Of a stretch of 64,000 bases of DNA, positions 38,780 through 52,637 are shown piece after piece. The notes under the pieces are model-generated. The model worked only from the letters and a program-made list of their open reading frames with translations. It ran no database searches and was not told the DNA's origin. The stretch's first letter is position 1. Each line of letters begins with the position of its first letter. This stretch comes from Octopus sinensis (lineage: Eukaryota). Position numbers and translations under genes: made by a program. The DNA lies in the NCBI RefSeq assembly GCF_006345805.1, contig NC_043004.1:2790001-2854000 (forward strand), read 5' to 3'.

Positions 38780-38950
38780 TGTATACGCAAATTAACATAT
38801 TATTTGGCCAATCTCTCTGCAGCCAGTTGGACATCGAATATCTTTTCCCACAGTCTTGCCTGGCTTCTTTTTCCAGTTTTCCTGTTGTTACTAAGACTTT
38901 AAGCCAACTTTTCTCATTTAATGTCCAAAGAACGAAGCATGCACCCTCCT
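38780..38950 (-). mobile_element. Possible very degenerate RTE LINE 3' fragment
   Basis: Minus-strand LVTTGKLEKEARQ...NWL resembles the RTE C-terminal LVTTGK-EG-R-RGR. Confidence 0.4.
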
Positions 38951-39004
38951 TATTTTGTTACAATGCTATGCGCTTTTTACTACTTTTTTAGACATTATAA
39001 TGCT

Positions 39005-39480
39005 TGATAGTATGTTGTCAACTTAATGTGACAGTCCCATGAAAGGGAAGAATGCTCTGTTATTTAACCCTAGGAAATACCATCTCCTGTTGGACTTGAC
39101 ACATTTCCTGTGTCTTTATGTTTTCAAAGAGGGAGATAAGCACCTCCACCCAGCAAAGCCAGCAACCAGAGACTAGTTTCAGAATCATTGCTCATCACCA
39201 GTCTGGAGTAGCATGGCTTGCTAGCTGTCGATGCTCATCGCCTTTGAAATAACATATATTTCAAGTGAAATACATTCACTGAATTTTGAAAATAGAAACA
39301 ATATATTTCTAAATCTCTCATAAGGACACAGGAAATATGTCAAGTCCAACAAGAAACGATGTTTCCTAGGGCTAAATAACAGTAGCATTCTTCCCTTTCA
39401 TGAGACTGTCACATTAAATTGACAACATACCATCACTTACTTTGTCGTGCTGCTACTGCATAAATCTCTTTGAGAGATTT
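39005..39480 (+). mobile_element. Fold-back hammerhead element family F (MITE-like appearance)
   Basis: Inverted arms of about 110-125 bp (39005-39115 and 39325-39437), a hammerhead on the - strand at 39166-39206, and a tail ending in aaatctctttgagagattt. Related copies at 46953-47139 and 61003-61234. Confidence 0.8.
39166..39206 (-). ncRNA. Minimal type-I hammerhead ribozyme motif with CUGGUGA core
   Basis: CCAGA-CTGGTGA-TGAGCAATGATTCT-GAAA-CTAG-TC-TCTGG: helix I 5 bp perfect, helix III palindrome ACTAGT, GUC triplet, weak helix II. Confidence 0.75.
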
Positions 39481-41715
39481 AGATATGTATTGTTACTATA
39501 ATGTTTGTTTCTCACTGTTCCTCTGAGAAACTACATCTCTGCATCATCAATAAGTTTCTACACTCGTCTGTTGTGTTCCACGTTATACAGCCATATATAA
39601 AGATGAACTCTCTCTCTCTCTCTCTCTAAATATATATATATATTAAAATATTGCGGAGATTTAATAAAAAAGACAACAATATGCAACCATGTAAAATCTT
39701 AGCTGTAGGTTTTCTTTGTATTGTTTAGCCCCAAGTCAGCCCAGATTAAGCAGTTATACATCACCATCTCACATCTCTACTTTAATCATCTCAGCGTTTA
39801 TTTTGCTTAAATATGGCTACGTTATCTAATGACTACTTCTTGTTTTAAGATAATAAACTGCATGATTTGAGGAAAGCTGGCTGTTGTTTTCCGCAGGTCA
39901 AGCGACCACTCAAAGACTTCTCCGTTGAGGAATAATAGTGAGCATGAGTATAGTGAAATATCTTTTGCAACTGAAGTCCGCCTTGTTAACACGCCATGCT
40001 GAGAACGTGCTTCTTGTTTCAAGCTTTTCTCCAAAACACGTTATAAAATAAATATTAACTTCGATTAATCCGTTACATATAAATATCATATAACTACGTC
40101 CAATCATAGCTGGATCGCTGAGTATTAAGAAGATGATACAGCGCTTCCAGGATTCTTTCATACAATACAATTCTAAAATATAACAGTTCTCCTTTAAAAT
40201 ATATCCTTTTCTAAAGCCAGTGTTCTCTTTGTTAGGACATAAATTACGGTTGAAAATGAAAACCATGTAACAAAAAAAAAGATCTCTGCCTGAAGATGGA
40301 TTATCATGTCTGATGATTGAGGCTTAACTAAAAATAATGATGGACATCTACCTAAATTCGTTCACTTAATTGCTTTACGTCTTCTTTAATTTCCTTCTCC
40401 GGTGAGCGCATCCTCTCCTTCGCACCTCCTTTAGATTTTTCACGACAGTTTTACACATTTTCCTAACAACCGTTTTTCGCTTCGTTCCTGCTGTTGTTGT
40501 TGATGGTGGTAGCGTTGGGAGTGGGAGTGGCGGTAGCGGTGATAATGGTGGTGGTGGTGGTGGTGGGGATAATTTTACTCTTGCTTTTTTTTTTCTTTTT
40601 TTTTTTATATATTGTTAGTGTTGCTGTCGTTATTGCTACATTTACTGTTCTTTCTTCCGTCGCACTACCAATATCTAATATGGCTGTTGGCAAAAATATA
40701 GCATCACCATCGCCAATACCTCCACGATTCCAATGTGCGAAGGCAAACTGCCGTTGCTTCAACTACAGCAATAACAACAACAACAACAACACCAACAACA
40801 CCAACAACAACTGCTGCTGCTAGAAGCATAGGCGTGTATGCGTCAATATCAAATTTTCTACTAAAGCAAATCGCTTGCTGACACTCACACACACATACAC
40901 ACACATGCTCAGGCGCATTCTCTTCCCCATTTTTTACCAGGAGGTCGACCTGTTCATAGTTTAAGAAACAGTTACCTTTCCCCCAAAACAACCTAATAGT
41001 AGCTAAGCGCCCAAATTAACCTGCTGAGACAGTACAACTACTTCACTGGCCAATTTCTCTCCAATTTTATTACTATTTTTATTTTTTAACAACGAGCAAA
41101 CCTACCCATACGAGAAATGAAATTAGTGCTAAGTTGGATAAATCAAATCGTGTAAGCGTTTGATCAGGTAGGAAGCGATTCCGGTGAGAAATAACGCTAA
41201 CCATATCATCCTAACAAGCAAATGTACGTTCGGTGAAGTGCTTGCTGTTGTCTGCTTTGGAATCTGAGCACGTCCAACGATGTGATGAGTTCACCGACTC
41301 CTTACCCCGTCGCCTCGCTCCCCGCCGCCACCAACTCGTTCTCGCTGTAACAGTACTTGCGCGGACGTTAAGGCGGTTCTGGACAACGCATGATTAACTG
41401 GACGACAAGCAAACGAGGTCTGGCTCACTGCTACACATTTGGGATAGGCTTGTCTCAGCGCTGATGGATTTCTTTCTTTCTTATGTTTGTAAAATATCAT
41501 AGTCATCTCCAACGATTTTACGTCGAAATACTAGCTTAGTCAGATTACATACAGCACTTGATACAACGAGATAATTTTCAAGTATATTTTTCTCTCTCCA
41601 TCTGTCTTCTCTCTTATCCGTTCTCTCGCTCGCCCTCTCTCTCACTCACTCTCTCTCTCTCTCTCTCTGAATATGTGTGTGTCTGTGTGTATTTATATAT
41701 GATGTGTAAATCTTA

Positions 41716-41759
<44 letters not shown>

Positions 41760-41922
41760 CTTATAGAAACATGTATACATATATATAAAGCATATATATA
41801 CATGTGTGTGTGTTTATACACAATATATACATACATACATAAATACATACATACATACATACATACATACATACATACATACTACATACATACATACATA
41901 CATACATACATACATACATACG

Positions 41923-43191
41923 CAGGGTGCGATAGGTAAATTGTCGCCATTTGGTATTTTGTAATTTTGCGTAGTCACATTTTTTATTTTGTCGACTACA
42001 CAGTATAGTAGAGTCTGTTTGGCACCGTCTGTGAGTAAAACAGTACCTCGACACAATACATTCAGCCAGATGTTTGGAAATGACATGCTGTACTGCTTGA
42101 CATTCGCGCCAGAAGCTCCAATACGAACATTTCAATGTGTTCGGGTGTCAATCTGAATACAGTGCAGAGGATTCGGAACGAGTCTAATGGCGATAATAAA
42201 GGTACGGCACCTCGGAAAAGTAACTCTAATTGTTCTGATAAGAAAATAATTCTTGAATTTGTTGATAAGATCCAGGCCATGACTGACAACGATCCTTCCA
42301 ATTCTATCAGGTCCCTCGCTAGGGACATGGGAGTGTCTGAGTTTCTTATCAAGCCGGTAGTGCATGAAGATATTCGGTATTCCTCATACAAGATGAGGTA
42401 GGGCCAATTTTTATCCCAGGCCATCAAGGACAAGAGGAAATACTGTACTATGAAGTTTTTGAACAAACTCATTCTTTGGTTTTTGTCAGACGAGAAAAAT
42501 TTCTGCCAGGATCAGATGGTGAACACACAGAAAACCCGTTAGCTTGTCGTGTCCCTAAAGCATCAACCGAGAGTGATAAAAAGCAAACATCCAGTCAACA
42601 TCATGGTGTTTAGAGTGATCACTAGTGATGGCGACATTAAGCCTCCATTCATCTTCCCATACGGCCTCAGACTCAATATGGAGGTCTACAGCAAGTGCTT
42701 GGAGGAGGTAGTGCTGCTCTGGGTCCAGAGGGTGGCTGCCGGAAGATCCTATATCTGGCAACAGGACCTTGCACCATGTCACACGAGCAGGAGAACACAG
42801 TCATGGCTGTCAAACAATTTCTGCGACCAAATCACCTCTAATATCTGGCTACCTAACTCCCAAGACTGCAACCCACTTGATTATTATGTTTGAGGACCAG
42901 TTGAGCGAGAGACTAACAAGACTCCTTGTAACACTAAAGATGAACTGAAGACAAGGATTATGGCAGCATTCACCAACTTAAACAAGGAGACCATCCAGAA
43001 GGGTTGCAGGAGATTCCAAAGTCGTCTGCAGACTGTGGTTGAGGCCAATGGTGATTTTATTGAATAAATTTACTCTTTAATATTTCAAGATATTTTGATG
43101 CAATTTTGGTAAATATATCATTTAAAACGAGATATTAGTGTTATCTTCATTTTTTGTGTAATTTAGACGACAGTTTATTCACCACACCCTG
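41923..43191 (+). mobile_element. Full-length Tc1/mariner DD37D (maT) transposon, disrupted transposase
   Basis: Degenerate TIRs cagggtgcgataggtaaattgtcg and cgacagtttattcaccacaccctg, 1269 bp in total. SDEK...QQD-(37 aa)-D(YYV). In-frame stops present. Confidence 0.9.
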
Positions 43192-43589
43192 TGTGCGAGC
43201 GTGAGTGTGAGTATGTGTGCGCGTGTGCGTGTGTGTTCACGTGTGTGTGCACATGTGTGTGATGCTTTTCTATAGATATACACTGTCATATACGAAGATA
43301 TTCACACATACACACTAACACACACACACACATATATATAGAAAAATTTATATAGATGTGTGTGTATGTATTTAATTATGTGTGAATGTGTGCACGTATG
43401 CACGTATGCATGTATATATGTATGAATGTATGTTTTATGTGCATACATATGTATGAGTCTCGGAAAAGCATGCATGCACGTACTCACATAAGTGCATATA
43501 TATAATGTTATGTAAAGTATTGATATAACAAATAGCTCGTAATAAATGTAAATATATTAGTTCAACATGCATGCATGCATTGAGACATA

Positions 43590-43723
43590 CTTAATGTATC
43601 GACCCCGAAATGATGAAAGGAAAAGTCGACCTCGGTGGAGTTTGAACTCAGAACGTAAAGACAGACGAAATAGCGCTAAGCATTCCACCCGGCGTGCTAA
43701 CGACTCTGCCAGCTCGTCGCCTT
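43590..43723 (-). mobile_element. SINE family 2
   Basis: Reverse-complement head and core. Confidence 0.85.
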
Positions 43724-43742
43724 ATATATATATATATTAGAC

Positions 43743-43805
<63 letters not shown>

Positions 43806-43807
43806 TT

Positions 43808-43845
<38 letters not shown>

Positions 43846-43996
43846 CGACATAGATGGCTTATTTTTCCAGACTATATTTTTAATCATTACAAAATGTAAG
43901 TGTATAAGTAGTTATTGTTATATATGTATGTGTATGTGTGCGCACGAATATATATGCGTGTGTTTTATGGGAATATATGTGTGTGTACAAAAATTG

Positions 43997-44400
43997 TAGG
44001 CGCAGGCGTGGCTGTGTGGTAAGAAGCTTGCTTCCCATCCACATGCTTCCGGGTTTAGTCCCACTGCGTGACAGCTTGGGTAGGTGTTGTGTATTGTAGC
44101 ACCGATTCTAACAAAGTCTTGTGAGTGGCTTTGGTAGACGGAAGAAGAAAGAAGACACACGTATATATCAATATATATATGTATATATGTTTTATCTGTG
44201 TTTTTCCCCGACTACCACTTGACTAACGGTGTTGCTTGTTTACGTCACCGTAACTTAACGGTTCGACAATATTAAAGATTGTATAAGTCCCAGGCTTTAA
44301 AGAATTTGTGGGAATTGATTCGTTCGACTGAAAGCTCTTCAACACGGTACTACAGCATGGCAGCAGTCTAATGACTAAAACAAGTAAAATATAAAAGATT
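43997..44400 (+). mobile_element. SINE family 1
   Basis: taggcgcaggcgtggctgtgtggtaag...atgactaaaacaagtaaaa. Confidence 0.85.
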
Positions 44401-44455
44401 ATATTCATACATATATATATTTATTTACTGCCCACAAGGGGCTAAACATAGAGGG

Positions 44456-45059
<604 letters not shown>

Positions 45060-45784
45060 TGTATGTATGTATGTATGTATGTATGTATTATCTTATGTGT
45101 CTGTGGTCAAACTCTAAATGCGTTTCTGAAAAGCGAATTAAACGCGTTGCAGATTTGATGACGTTAATAAGATTAGTGATTATTTCGATTAAAGTGCCAC
45201 GTCTAATTAATAAATCTGATACAAGATTAGTTGTCGCTTGTGTTGTTTGCAGAAATTAGATGCAATCTAATTTAGTTAATAATGAAGTGGTTTGAGGAGG
45301 CATGCAGCCAATTCCAGTCAAGAAAAGGGAATTGAATCGACCCCAATACATTGTAGATACTGCGTTGTTAATGCATCGGATAATAAGTCTAAATTGCATC
45401 CTTTTCTATTCTAAGTTCCGATCCATTCTGCTGAGGTCATTTTCGCTTTGCAACATTCTGAAGTTCATAAAATATGGAACCAGTCAGAATTTGATAGCAT
45501 CATCACCACCACTTTTATGGTCAACATCATTATCATCACCATTATTATTATTATGAGAACAGCAAATGCAACAATAAAGGAATAAAAATAAAGTGTAACA
45601 ATGCTACCACCACCACCACCACCACCACCACCATCATCATCCTCATCATCATCAACAACATCAACAGCAACAGCAACGAAGTGAAAAATGGTTGTTAGCA
45701 AAATGTGCAAGAGTGTCGTGAAAATATACAAATGAGTTGCAATGGGGAGGAAGCGCTCTCTATAAACTATGTATTATATATTAC

Positions 45785-45920
45785 TGAAGTGGTGAGCTGG
45801 CAGAATCGTTTGTGTATCGGACAAATTATGATTAGCGGCTTTTTTTTCCGGCTCTTTACGTTCAAAGTTCAAATCACGCCGAGATCAGCTTTGCCTTTCA
45901 CTTTTTCGGATTTGAGGAAA
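45785..45920 (+). mobile_element. SINE family 2, degenerate
   Basis: ggtgagctggcagaatcg...ctttgcctttcac. Confidence 0.7.
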
Positions 45921-46260
45921 TAGACTAGAAGTGAAGAACTGTCGTTCGTGTTATCGAAAATCCCACTTTCCCTGAAATTGATAGCCTTATGCCAATGCTT
46001 GAAAAGTATATTTTACCACCATTTCCTTTTGATAGTTTACTCAAGTGTCTGGTAGTTGTGTCAAAGGGAATCTTTTGCACCTAAAGAGGCAAACAGGTGA
46101 GATGCCGTGCAACCGAAAAAAATCTGATTTCTACATTAAAGAAAAGTGTTTTTATAAACAGTATACACGTGGAGTGTAATTTGCATGAAATATGTGAGGC
46201 ATCTTTAAAAACGATCTTTTGCAATCCCCTTTTTTAGGGCTGCTAAGAAATAGGTTTACT

Positions 46261-46675
46261 GGCGGCGAGCTGGCAGAAACGTTAGCACGCCGGGCGAAAT
46301 GCGTAGCCGTATTTCGTCTGCCGTTACGTTGTGAGTTCAAATTCCGCCGAGGTTGACTTTGCCTTTTATCCTTTCGGGATCGATAAATTAAGTACCAGTT
46401 ACGCACTGGGGTTGATGTAATCGACTTAATACCTATGTCTGTCCTTGTCTGTCCCCTCTATGTTTAGCCCCTTGTGAGTAGTAAATAAATAGGTATTTCG
46501 TCTGCCGTTACGCTCTGAGTTCAAATACCGCCGAGGTCGACTTTGCCTTTCATCCTTCCGGGGTCGATAAACTAAATACCAGTTACGCACTGGGTGGATT
46601 TAATCGACTTAACCCCTTTGTCTGTCTTTTTCTGTCCCCTCTATGTTTAGCTCCTTGTGGGCAATAAAGAAATAA
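46261..46675 (+). mobile_element. Dimeric SINE family 2
   Basis: Two units joined at aaata|ggtatttcgtctgccgttacg (46491/46492), the same junction as at 37266/37267. Confidence 0.9.
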
Positions 46676-46952
46676 AGGAACAGGTTTACACATTCGTTTG
46701 TTTCTTCTGACATCATTCTAAGGACTCCAAAAGTTAATGCCGCATTCAGGTGCCATGTTCTTTTAATATCTATTTCCAAGACCGTATATTTGCTTGAATT
46801 TGCAAACGTTTTTAAAGATGCGTTTTGGCAGTTGAGACTGCAACATCATTGAGAGCACGTGCCTGTTCAATATAAATTGTTACAATGAGATCTTGTCAGC
46901 CTGTATTTCCCGATCAGTCTGAACACCGAAATTCCAAACATCAGTAACTCCA

Positions 46953-47139
46953 ACTCAGAGAGATTTGTGCAGTAGCAGCACGATAAAGTGATGGTATGTT
47001 GTCAATGTGACAGCCGCCCCTTGAAAGGGAAGAATGCTACTGTTATTTAGCCCTAGGAAACACTGTTTCCCCGGACTAAATAACAGTATCATTCTTCCCT
47101 TTCATGAGACTGTCATATTAAATTGACAACATACCCTCA
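46953..47139 (-). mobile_element. Short fold-back copy of family F with an 11-bp flanking direct repeat
   Basis: cagtaactcca occurs at 46942-46952 and 47140-47150. The internal inverted arms match 39005-39480. Confidence 0.8.
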
Positions 47140-47339
47140 CAGTAACTCCAGCATTTTGAACAATATGTGATCGTTCATGTTCCCACCTGTTCTTTTTATG
47201 AGGGAGGTTTATGTAGGGTCACTTGATCGATGTATGTACTGAACTGCTCTGTCATGTCACTACAGTACTCTGATACTGCCAGTCGATCGCTTCAGTCACA
47301 CTACGAAAGACTGGTTCAATTAAGCCGTAATATTTGTTA

Positions 47340-47640
47340 CTCCTATACAACATGATCCTCCGTAATAATAGGAGTCTCAGATCAGGAACTGATCTAATCG
47401 TCCTGATTAAATTTAAATCGAATATAACCTCGTCACTCCAGACAATCTTTGGTGGAAAGTGTGCATATTTATAAGCGTCCCTCATAAAAACTCCGCTCAT
47501 TTCACTGAGAACATAGACAATTCTTTTCAAATGACAGCACTTCAATCTGCAATGGATGCTTGATCTTGAAACTCCTGTCACATGAATCACTTGCCGTACA
47601 GATTTTCTTGAATTCTTGCAATTCATTTCAGGTACCTATT
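47340..47640 (-). mobile_element. Degenerate Tc1/mariner transposase fragment
   Basis: KSVRQ...TGVSRSSIH (HTH-like) and KIVWSDEVIFDLN (first catalytic D motif). Confidence 0.65.
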
Positions 47641-47669
47641 CTTGATTTGTGGGACTCGCCGATAGGCGA

Positions 47670-47707
47670 GTATGTATATATATGTACATATACATATGTA
47701 TATATAC

Positions 47708-47738
<31 letters not shown>

Positions 47739-47748
47739 CATACATATG

Positions 47749-47798
<50 letters not shown>

Positions 47799-47851
47799 CA
47801 TGCATATATACATATGTATATATACATATATATACATACATATATATATAC

Positions 47852-47888
<37 letters not shown>

Positions 47889-47911
47889 ATATATATATAT
47901 ATACATATATA

Positions 47912-47981
<70 letters not shown>

Positions 47982-47985
47982 TATA

Positions 47986-48038
<53 letters not shown>

Positions 48039-48190
48039 CATATTGTTATATTTCGGAATGGTCATATTGCCAGTTTAGCCAATAATCTTGCACAACAAAT
48101 ATTTAAACGTATATATACATATATATACATATTTATATATACGTATATATACATATATATACATATGTATATACATATATATGCATATAT
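47670..48190. repeat. (TACA)/(TA)n compound microsatellite
   Basis: Directly visible. Confidence 0.95.
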
Positions 48191-48523
48191 GATATCACTT
48201 CCGGTTTTCGTAGAGGAAATACGTGTTTGCTTTTGCTCTGTGAAAAAACAGAAAGGTTTGCATAAATCGACGAAATATTCTACTAAAAGTAACAAAAGTA
48301 GAACTTGTTAACTCATAAAGTCTACTAAAATACTTTAATTGAAAATATATTAATTATAAACGTAATATATTTCGCTTGAAGCCAAATATAATTCAGTACA
48401 TTTGGTTACGCATGCTAGACTATTCGCCGAAAAGCACATGGCGGCAAATCTTTTCGTGAAAGAAAATTTCTTCGTACAAGCACGTGGGTTTGGACTGTAC
48501 CTTTCAAGACAAGTATCGCATGC

Positions 48524-49071
48524 AATTGTCTGTTTATTAATTTTTTAAGCTAACATCTCAGTTATGATTGTTTGTTTATTAATTTTTTAGGCTAACATCT
48601 CGGTTACGATTGTTTTTTTATAAATTTTCTAGGCTAACATCTCGGTTACGATTGTTTGTTTATAAAAAATTTTTAGGCTAACATTTCGGTTACGATTGTT
48701 TGTTTATTAATTTTTTTGGCTGACATCTCGGATACGATTGCTTGTTTATTAATTTTTTAGGCTAACATCTCAGATGCGATTGTTTGTTTATTAATTTTTT
48801 AGGCTGACATCTCGGATACGATTGTTTGTTTATTAATTTTTTTGGCTAACATCTTGGTTATGATTGTTTGTTTATAAATTTTTTAGGCTAACATCTCAGT
48901 TACGATTGTTTGTTTATTAATTTTTTAGGCTAACATTTTAGTTGCGATTGTTTGTTTATTAATTTTTTAAGCTAACATCTCAGTTACGATTGTTTGTTTA
49001 TTAAATTTTTAAGCTAACATCTCAGTTACGATTGCTTGTTTATTAAATATTTAAGCTTACATCTCAGTTAC
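48524..49071. repeat. 42-bp minisatellite, 13 units
   Basis: Consensus gattgtttgtttattaattttttaggctaacatctcggttac, with no unique spacers. Confidence 0.95.
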
Positions 49072-49605
49072 ATATCTTACTCTTTTTCTCATCTCCCCTC
49101 CTCCCTTTCATATCCTCCTCTTCTCTCATTTCTCTTTCCTTTCCATCTTACATCTACCTCTCCTCTCGTCACCTCACCCTCTCTCTCATATACTTCTCAT
49201 CCGCCCATTCTTCTCACTCCGTCTCTCCCTCTCTCTCACATCCTTCATCCTGTCTCTCCTTCACTCTGTCCCTCTTTCTCTTGCTATCCTCTCCTCCCCT
49301 CTGTTTCTCTTTCTCTTCCCCTCATCTCCTTCACTCTGCCTCTCTTTCTCTTCCCCTCTTCTCCTTCACTCTGTCTCTCCTTCTATTCCCCTCCTCTCCC
49401 CCTACCTTCCTCTATCTCTTTAACACACCACAGCCCTTGCTTTCCTCCTATCACCCTCTCGATTTCTTTCATAGCACCTCTCTCTTTCCTTCTTATCTCC
49501 CTCTCTCTTTCCCTATTTCCCCCCTCTGTGTTTCTCTATATCTACCTCTCTCTATCCCTCATTACTCCTCTAGCCTCTACTGCCCCTCTGGACTTCAAAA
49601 CGAAG

Positions 49606-50677
49606 ATGGCACCAAGGTGGGAAAAGAAAGAAAGCTGGAAGGCACCGAAGAACCTGTAAGTTATACCTGCGGGGCAAATGTTGGCATGGTGAGGACGGCA
49701 AAAACTGCCGGTTCGCCCACCCGACACCCCGCCAGAACTTCAGGGGACTCAAAGAGAACACTTTTACCGAGGGAACACAAGAACAACATCATCACTGCCG
49801 CGCTAAAAACAATGGTTTTCATAGAACCATTGACCAGATAGAGCGGAAGAAAAATGAGTTTATCCGGTCTTAAATGCTTATAAGACCACACATCAAAACA
49901 CTGGACAACATAATTGAAGATTATTGTGGCAAAGCTGATGAGAATGAAGAGGACGAAAAAGAGAAGGAAGCCGGAAGTCTCTGTGATCCAGGGGTTCCTC
50001 AGGAAAATGGATCACCTACCCCGGTGAACGACCAAGTGGTGAACGACCAAGTAGTGAAGGATAGGGGAGCCAAGGGAGCAGAAACCGGAAGCCCCCCTGT
50101 AACAGTGGTCCTACGAAGAAATGAAAAATTAGAAAAATTAGAAAAACAGAAGAAAAAAGGAAGGATCGAAAACAAAAATAAGGAGGGAAAAGGCAAAACA
50201 ACCAAAGCTGAAACCCCAACCCACCACACAAACAGCAGAGAACCCCATGGAGGATCCAATGCCACCCAGTACACTTCAGGAAAGAAGAAATCAGGAAGGT
50301 ACCGAAGAACCTGTAAGTTATACCTGCGGGGCAAATGTTGGCATGGTGAGGACGGAAAAAACTGCCGGTTCGCCCACCCGACACCCCGCCAGAACTTCAG
50401 GGGACTCAAAGAGAAAAACTTTACCGAGGGAACACAAGAAATGTCTCCCAGGAAAACTTTCAAAAACGAAGTGCGCTCCTCAGATGTTCTGCGCAATGCA
50501 GCAGCTGAGCAAGAGTCTTTTTTATGCATGGCGGAAAGAATTGTCCGGCAGCTAACCTGGTTACACCAAGCACAGAGAAGGAACCCTGCCCACCACTATG
50601 CAAGACCACCACAGTCAACAGACACGGGATGGCCTCCCCTAACGCCTGCACAGCCGTCACCCCAATACTTTTACTAA
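49606..50677 (+). pseudogene. LINE ORF1 with CCCH zinc finger, disrupted
   Basis: ATG at 49606 (MAPRWEKKESWKA). CKLYLRGKCWHGEDGKNCRFAHP lies in ORF 49874-50677. Interrupted by a 140-bp ectopic duplicate and by stops. Confidence 0.75.
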
Positions 50678-52637
50678 ATATTGGGGGCCTGTTGCATCAA
50701 AATAGAAACAAAATTTCTTTCCTGAGAGATCTTACTGCATGCAATCAAGCCCTATGCATAGCACTTGTGGAAACGCACCTCAACCTTGATATAGAGGACG
50801 CAGAAGTGCACATACCAAACTATGCCATACTGCGAACAAACAGAAGGGAAAGGAGCCATGGTGGAGTTGCTGTATACATCCGAGATGACCTCACACCCCA
50901 GGTCTTGATGACATACTCAAATTCGGTATGTGACACCTTAATTGTATACATAAGACAACATAATATGCAATACATATTGCCCACCGGATGCCCCAAATCA
51001 CATAGTCAAGTTTGAAGATTGCCTCACAAGAATTAAAGAAATCCTCATGAATCTGGAACACCACATAACCATATTTCTTATGGGTGATTTCAACTTCCCC
51101 AACGTCAAATGGCCCGAAGGTCACATACTCTCAGGAATGAATCATTGCAAGCAAGTACAGGTGGAGTCCTTGCTCAGCCTCACCAATGCCTTATTCATGG
51201 AGCAAGTTGTACTCAAGCCAACTAGGGCAAATAACATTCTGGATCTCTGCTTCACGAACAATATGGACATCATTCATGATGTGAAAGTGACACCGACATC
51301 AGCTTCGGATCACAACATAATAGAGCTGTCTATGTTTGGGCCGAAAGTAACCAGAGACATACAGCCTAAAGGAAGCACCTGAAATCTCTCCAATCTGAAC
51401 TTCCACAAAGCAGATTGGAAATCGATCCAAAATGAGATCCTCAGAGAGGACTGGCCGGAATGTCTCTCCATACCAGACATTGACATGAAACTAGAATGTT
51501 TCATGTCTTCTGTGCAAGCCGTATGCCAGAAATATGTCCCAGAGCACAAGGCCAAAACAAATAGGAGCAAGATTCCAAGAGACAGGAAGATCCTCATGAG
51601 ACGACGGACGAAGGTTGCAAATCGTCTCAACCAACATCCCAAAAGTAGCGAAACGTCCCGCCTAAAAACAACACTGATGGAGATCGAAAAAAGCTGCAAC
51701 AATCCTATGCGAAGGAGAAAGCAGACAAAGAAGCCTGGGTTATAAAAAACATTAAATCAAACCCAAAGGCTTTCTTTCATTACGCGAAAGAAACAGTCTC
51801 AGTGCACTACAAGATAGGACCCCTCTTCCAAAAGGATGGCTCCCTCACAGACAGTCCAACTATGATCAGAGAGATGCTGAATGACCAGTTCAAAAGTGTC
51901 TTTACCACCCCATTGGAACACAGACAAGTGAACGAACCAGTGGACTTCTTTGCCGCCTCACCTATAACCAGCGAGGCGGTTACAATAGAATGTATTGACA
52001 TTAGCGAAAAAGACGTCCTACCAGCCATAGATGAAGTGGACACAAACTCAGCTGCTGGTCCAGACGGTTTCCCAGCCATCCTCCTCAAAGCGTGTAAGCA
52101 TGCCCTGGCAAAACCCCTCAAGATTCTCTTCCAGAGCTTTCTTGCGAATGGCAAACTGCCAAGCAAGCTGAAGGAGGGAATAATATGCCCAATACATAAA
52201 GGGGGAAGTAGAGCAGATGCCAAAAACTATAGGCCTATCTCTCTGACTTCACACATCAGCAAAGTCATGGAACGGATAGTCAGAAAGAAACTAATCGCAT
52301 TCCTTGAGGATTATGACTGGGTGTTGAGGCAGTTACTCAACAAATCAAATGTGGACGTAATCTACCTTGATTTTGCAAAAGCTTTTGACAAGGTGGATCA
52401 TGGTATGATATGCCACAAACTACGTGACCTCGGCATAGCTGGAAAACTTGGAGTGTGGTTGCATGACTTCCTGAAAGATAGGAGTCAGGCAGTCGTGGTT
52501 AATGGATCCACCTCTGTGAACACACAAATAGTGAGCGGTGTTCCACAGGGCACTGTCTTGGGACCAATGCTTTTTATAGTGGCTCTCTCAGATATGCCCT
52601 CAAATGCCCGGATAGCCACTCTGGCCAGCTATGCAGA

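Noticed and set aside
48524-49071. CRISPR-like array
   Set aside because: Units are contiguous with no unique spacers, there are no cas genes, and the context is eukaryotic.
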